Shown: positions 61,191-64,000 of the stretch, in pieces
Position numbering within the stretch: the stretch's first letter is position 1
Layout: the number at the start of each line of letters is the position of its first letter
Assembly (NCBI RefSeq): GCF_020745735.1
Contig: NC_083444.1
Span: 7,384,338 to 7,448,337, forward strand
Reading direction: 5' to 3'
DNA: 64,000 nt
DNA from: Hemiscyllium ocellatum
Taxonomy: Eukaryota
Translations under genes and position numbers: made by a program
Notes under the pieces: generated by a model
Seen by the model: only the letters and a program-made list of their open reading frames with translations
Told to the model about the DNA's origin: nothing
The model's database searches: none

Positions 61191-62479
61191 ATCTTCTCAG
61201 AAATCACAAATGTGTATTTAATGAAAAATTACTGTCCTCCCTGTCCACTTGTTCATTGTCGGGTATACCAGACCCTCTGGAAAAGGCTGAGACTTATTCC
61301 TGGGAAGATATCATCTCAAACTGCCAGCAGACATTCCAGAGGGTCACTCAGACATTGGCCATGTTGATGTGGGACGGGAGTCACCTATAGACCCCGACTA
61401 GTCAGTGCATGGAGGGTTCAAATACAAACAGGGACTGAGTTGGATGATCCGCCATGATCCCATTGAACAGCAGAGGAGGCCTGAGGGACCGAATGGCCTA
61501 ACTTGTGCTCCTAACCCTCACCTTCACCCTGACCCTACCCGATATTTCTCCGTTTGGGGTGAAAGAAAGAGTTAACGTTTCCAGTCTGACGCAACTCTCC
61601 TTTGGAATTTGTGTTGTGAAATTGGAACGGAAATGTTAAACTCTCTCTCTCTCTCCGCAGACCTGCTGAGTTTTTCCATTGCCTTGCCATTTTTATTTCA
61701 GATTCCCCGTGAAAGGACAGGAGGTTGAGAAGGGAGCAACAATCCGACTGTGTCCCGATCACCCTTTTCCCGATCACGATTCCCAGGTGAAGGTGGCACT
61801 GGCTAGGCCCCTCCCTAATTGCCCGGGGGGGGGGGCTGTTGAGAGCCAACCACATGGCTGTGGGTCTGGAGTCATGTGTAGGCCAGACTGGGTAAGGATG
61901 GCAGTTTCCTTCCGGGATGGACATTAGTTTTCTGACAATTCGATTCATTGCCAACAGGGGACTATTAATTCCAGATTTCTTTTTAAAAATTGGAATTCAA
62001 GTTCCACTTTCTGCTCTGGGTGGATTATGAAGCCAGGTCCCCTGGAATATTACCTGGGTCTCTCTGGGTCTGGCAACAACACCACTCGGCCACCACATTC
62101 TCCCTCCAGGGGCTATTCTTGTAAACACCCTCTGCGTTTTCTCAGTAATGTGGCACGCACAGCAGGTCACCAGACTTCCTCTGAGGTTTTGTGACACGTG
62201 AAAACAAAACCACGAATAGTTTCTTGGTTCGGTGGAGCCATTGCATGGCTCCCATGTTGCAGCTTCAACCATTGAGGTGACACCGAGGGCCAGGACACAG
62301 GGCAGTTGATGGAGGGAAGGGTCTAGGGGTTGGCAGTCGAATGTTATTTCTGGAGGAGAGTTGGGGGTGGGGGGAGATGTGGGGAATGCATTGGCTGATC
62401 CGGTGGTCTGATTTCTTAATGTGCTTTGATGTTCACCCTTCCCTCACCAAATTACCATTCCACAATGTCCATTTGGTGT

Positions 62480-63410
62480 AGGGGTTGGAGGAGGTGACAG
62501 AGATAGAGACGAGTGTAGGGCTACAGGAGGTGACTGTGGTAGGGAGGGATATAGGGGCTGGAGGAGGTGACAGAGATAAGAGGGGTGGAAAGGCTGGAGG
62601 AGGTGACAGAGACAGGGAAGGGTATAGGGGCTGGAGGAGGTTACAGAGATAGGGAGGGATGTAGGAGCTGGAGGGGGTTACAGAGATAGGGAGGGGGTGT
62701 AGGGGCTGGAGGGGGTTACAGAGATTGGGAGTGGGTGTAGGGGCTGGAGGGGGTTACAGAGATAGGGAGCAGATGTAGGGGCTGGAGGAGGTTAGAGCGA
62801 TAGGGAGGGATGTAGAGGATGGAGGAGGTTACAGAAATAGAGAAAGGTACCAGGGCTGGAGGGGGTTACAGAGATATAGGGAGGGATGTCAGGACTGGAG
62901 GAAGTGACAGAGATAAGGAGGGGTGTAGGGGGTTACAGAGATAGGGAGGGATGTAGGGGATGGAGGAGGTTACAGAGATAGGGAGAGGTGCCTGGGCTGG
63001 AGAGGGTTACAGAGATAGCGAGGGGGTAGCGGGGATGGAGGGGGTTAGAGAGATAGGGAGGGGGTGGAGGTGCTGGAGGGTGTTACAGAGATAGGGAGGG
63101 TGTGGAGGGGCTGGAGGGGGTGACAGAGATAGGGAGGAGTGTAGGGACTGGAGGAAGTGACAGAGATAGGGAGGGGGTGGCGGGGCTGGAGGGGGTGACA
63201 AATATAGGGAGGGGATGTAGGGGCTGGAGGGGGTGACAGAGATTGGGAGAGGTGCCAGGGCTGAAGGGGGTGACAGAGATAGGGAGGGGGTGTAGGGGCT
63301 GGAGGGGGTTACAGAGATAGGGAGGGGGTGTCAGGGCTTGAGGGGGTTACAGAGATAGGGAGGGGGTGTTGGAGCTGGAGGAGGTGACGGAGTTAGGGAA
63401 GGGTGAGGGA
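62480..63410. repeat. G-rich ~37-bp minisatellite, roughly 24 units
   Basis: Unit gggctggagggggttacagagatagggaggggtgtag. Confidence 0.92.
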
Positions 63411-63493
63411 GAGTTAGGAGATGAATACTAAACCTGAGGCAATGCAGGGGGTATCATACACAAAGTAATACTGAGACTTTAAAGCAGTATTAC

Positions 63494-63862
63494 CTCGGAC
63501 AGTCAGGTAGGTCCCTGGGATGCTTTGCCAGACTGCATAACGATTTCCTGTTATCGCCACCCGACAGAAATAACGGTTTGTATCCCTTGTTCTCAGCTGC
63601 TTTATCCGGATGGTCCCTGTCCTCTCCTTGGCCGGATCTCCCAGGAATTGAATTCGCCCTCGGTATTCAGGGTGAGTGTATCCCAGAGACATATTGAAGA
63701 TAAATTCCCCGTGAAACTCGTTTCTTCTCCAGGTAATGTCATACCGTGTGGGTGTGTGTGTATCTGGGTAAGTGAATGTACACGGGATGTCGACCCATCC
63801 CCCTTCCACACCCTCCAGTCGACCCGGTTGGTTCACTGTGAAACCATCTCCATGGATCATCC
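63494..63862 (-). CDS. PILR/Siglec-15-like receptor, V-set Ig domain exon
   Basis: ctccctcag acceptor (63863), GTAATA donor (63493), 369 nt phase 1-1; IPCTFTYP...ITWRRNEFHGE...GTIRIKQL...DTNRYFCRV...WQSIPGTYLTV has B-strand Cys, C-strand Trp and the D-x-x-x-Y-F-C-R motif. Confidence 0.92.
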
Positions 63863-64000
63863 CTGAGGGAGAGCGAAACAGCAAACAGTCATTTAGGAAT
63901 CCTGAATAAATCTCTCCCAGCTGGAGACCAGTCCCCAGGATATCCCCCAGTGACAGAGAGACTCTGTAACTGAGACAGCAAAATGTAACTCACTCCTGGG

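Overview
Repeat-dense eukaryotic genomic DNA, most likely from a shark or other elasmobranch (inferred from HE1/V-SINE-like and CR1-like repeat families). It has two small N gaps (2283-2482, 13184-13403). Two host genes converge. (1) A + strand PLAC8/cornifelin-family gene has 3 coding exons (1134-1248, 20283-20464, 26654-26926) encoding 189 aa, with an extra Pro/Gly/Tyr/Gln-rich repeat tail. (2) A - strand single-V-set immunoglobulin receptor resembles PILR and Siglec-15. It has a V exon (63494-63862), a duplicated mucin-like stalk exon (53905-54000), a stalk+TM exon (53255-53470), a probable cytoplasmic exon (43918-43961) and a two-ITIM last exon (42071-42220); its leader exon lies beyond the window. 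The rest is mostly transposon-derived: many CR1-clade LINE fragments including a near-full copy with an esterase ORF1, tRNA-derived V-SINEs (four with internal 53-bp arrays), and a decayed Gmr1-type gypsy element (SCAN-like gag, integrase before RT). There are also several minisatellites and about a dozen Penelope-like element pieces carrying a minimal hammerhead ribozyme motif. Those pieces repeatedly truncate or fold back at the ribozyme core. Repeat boundaries are approximate (read by eye); exon boundaries were checked for GT/AG and phase.
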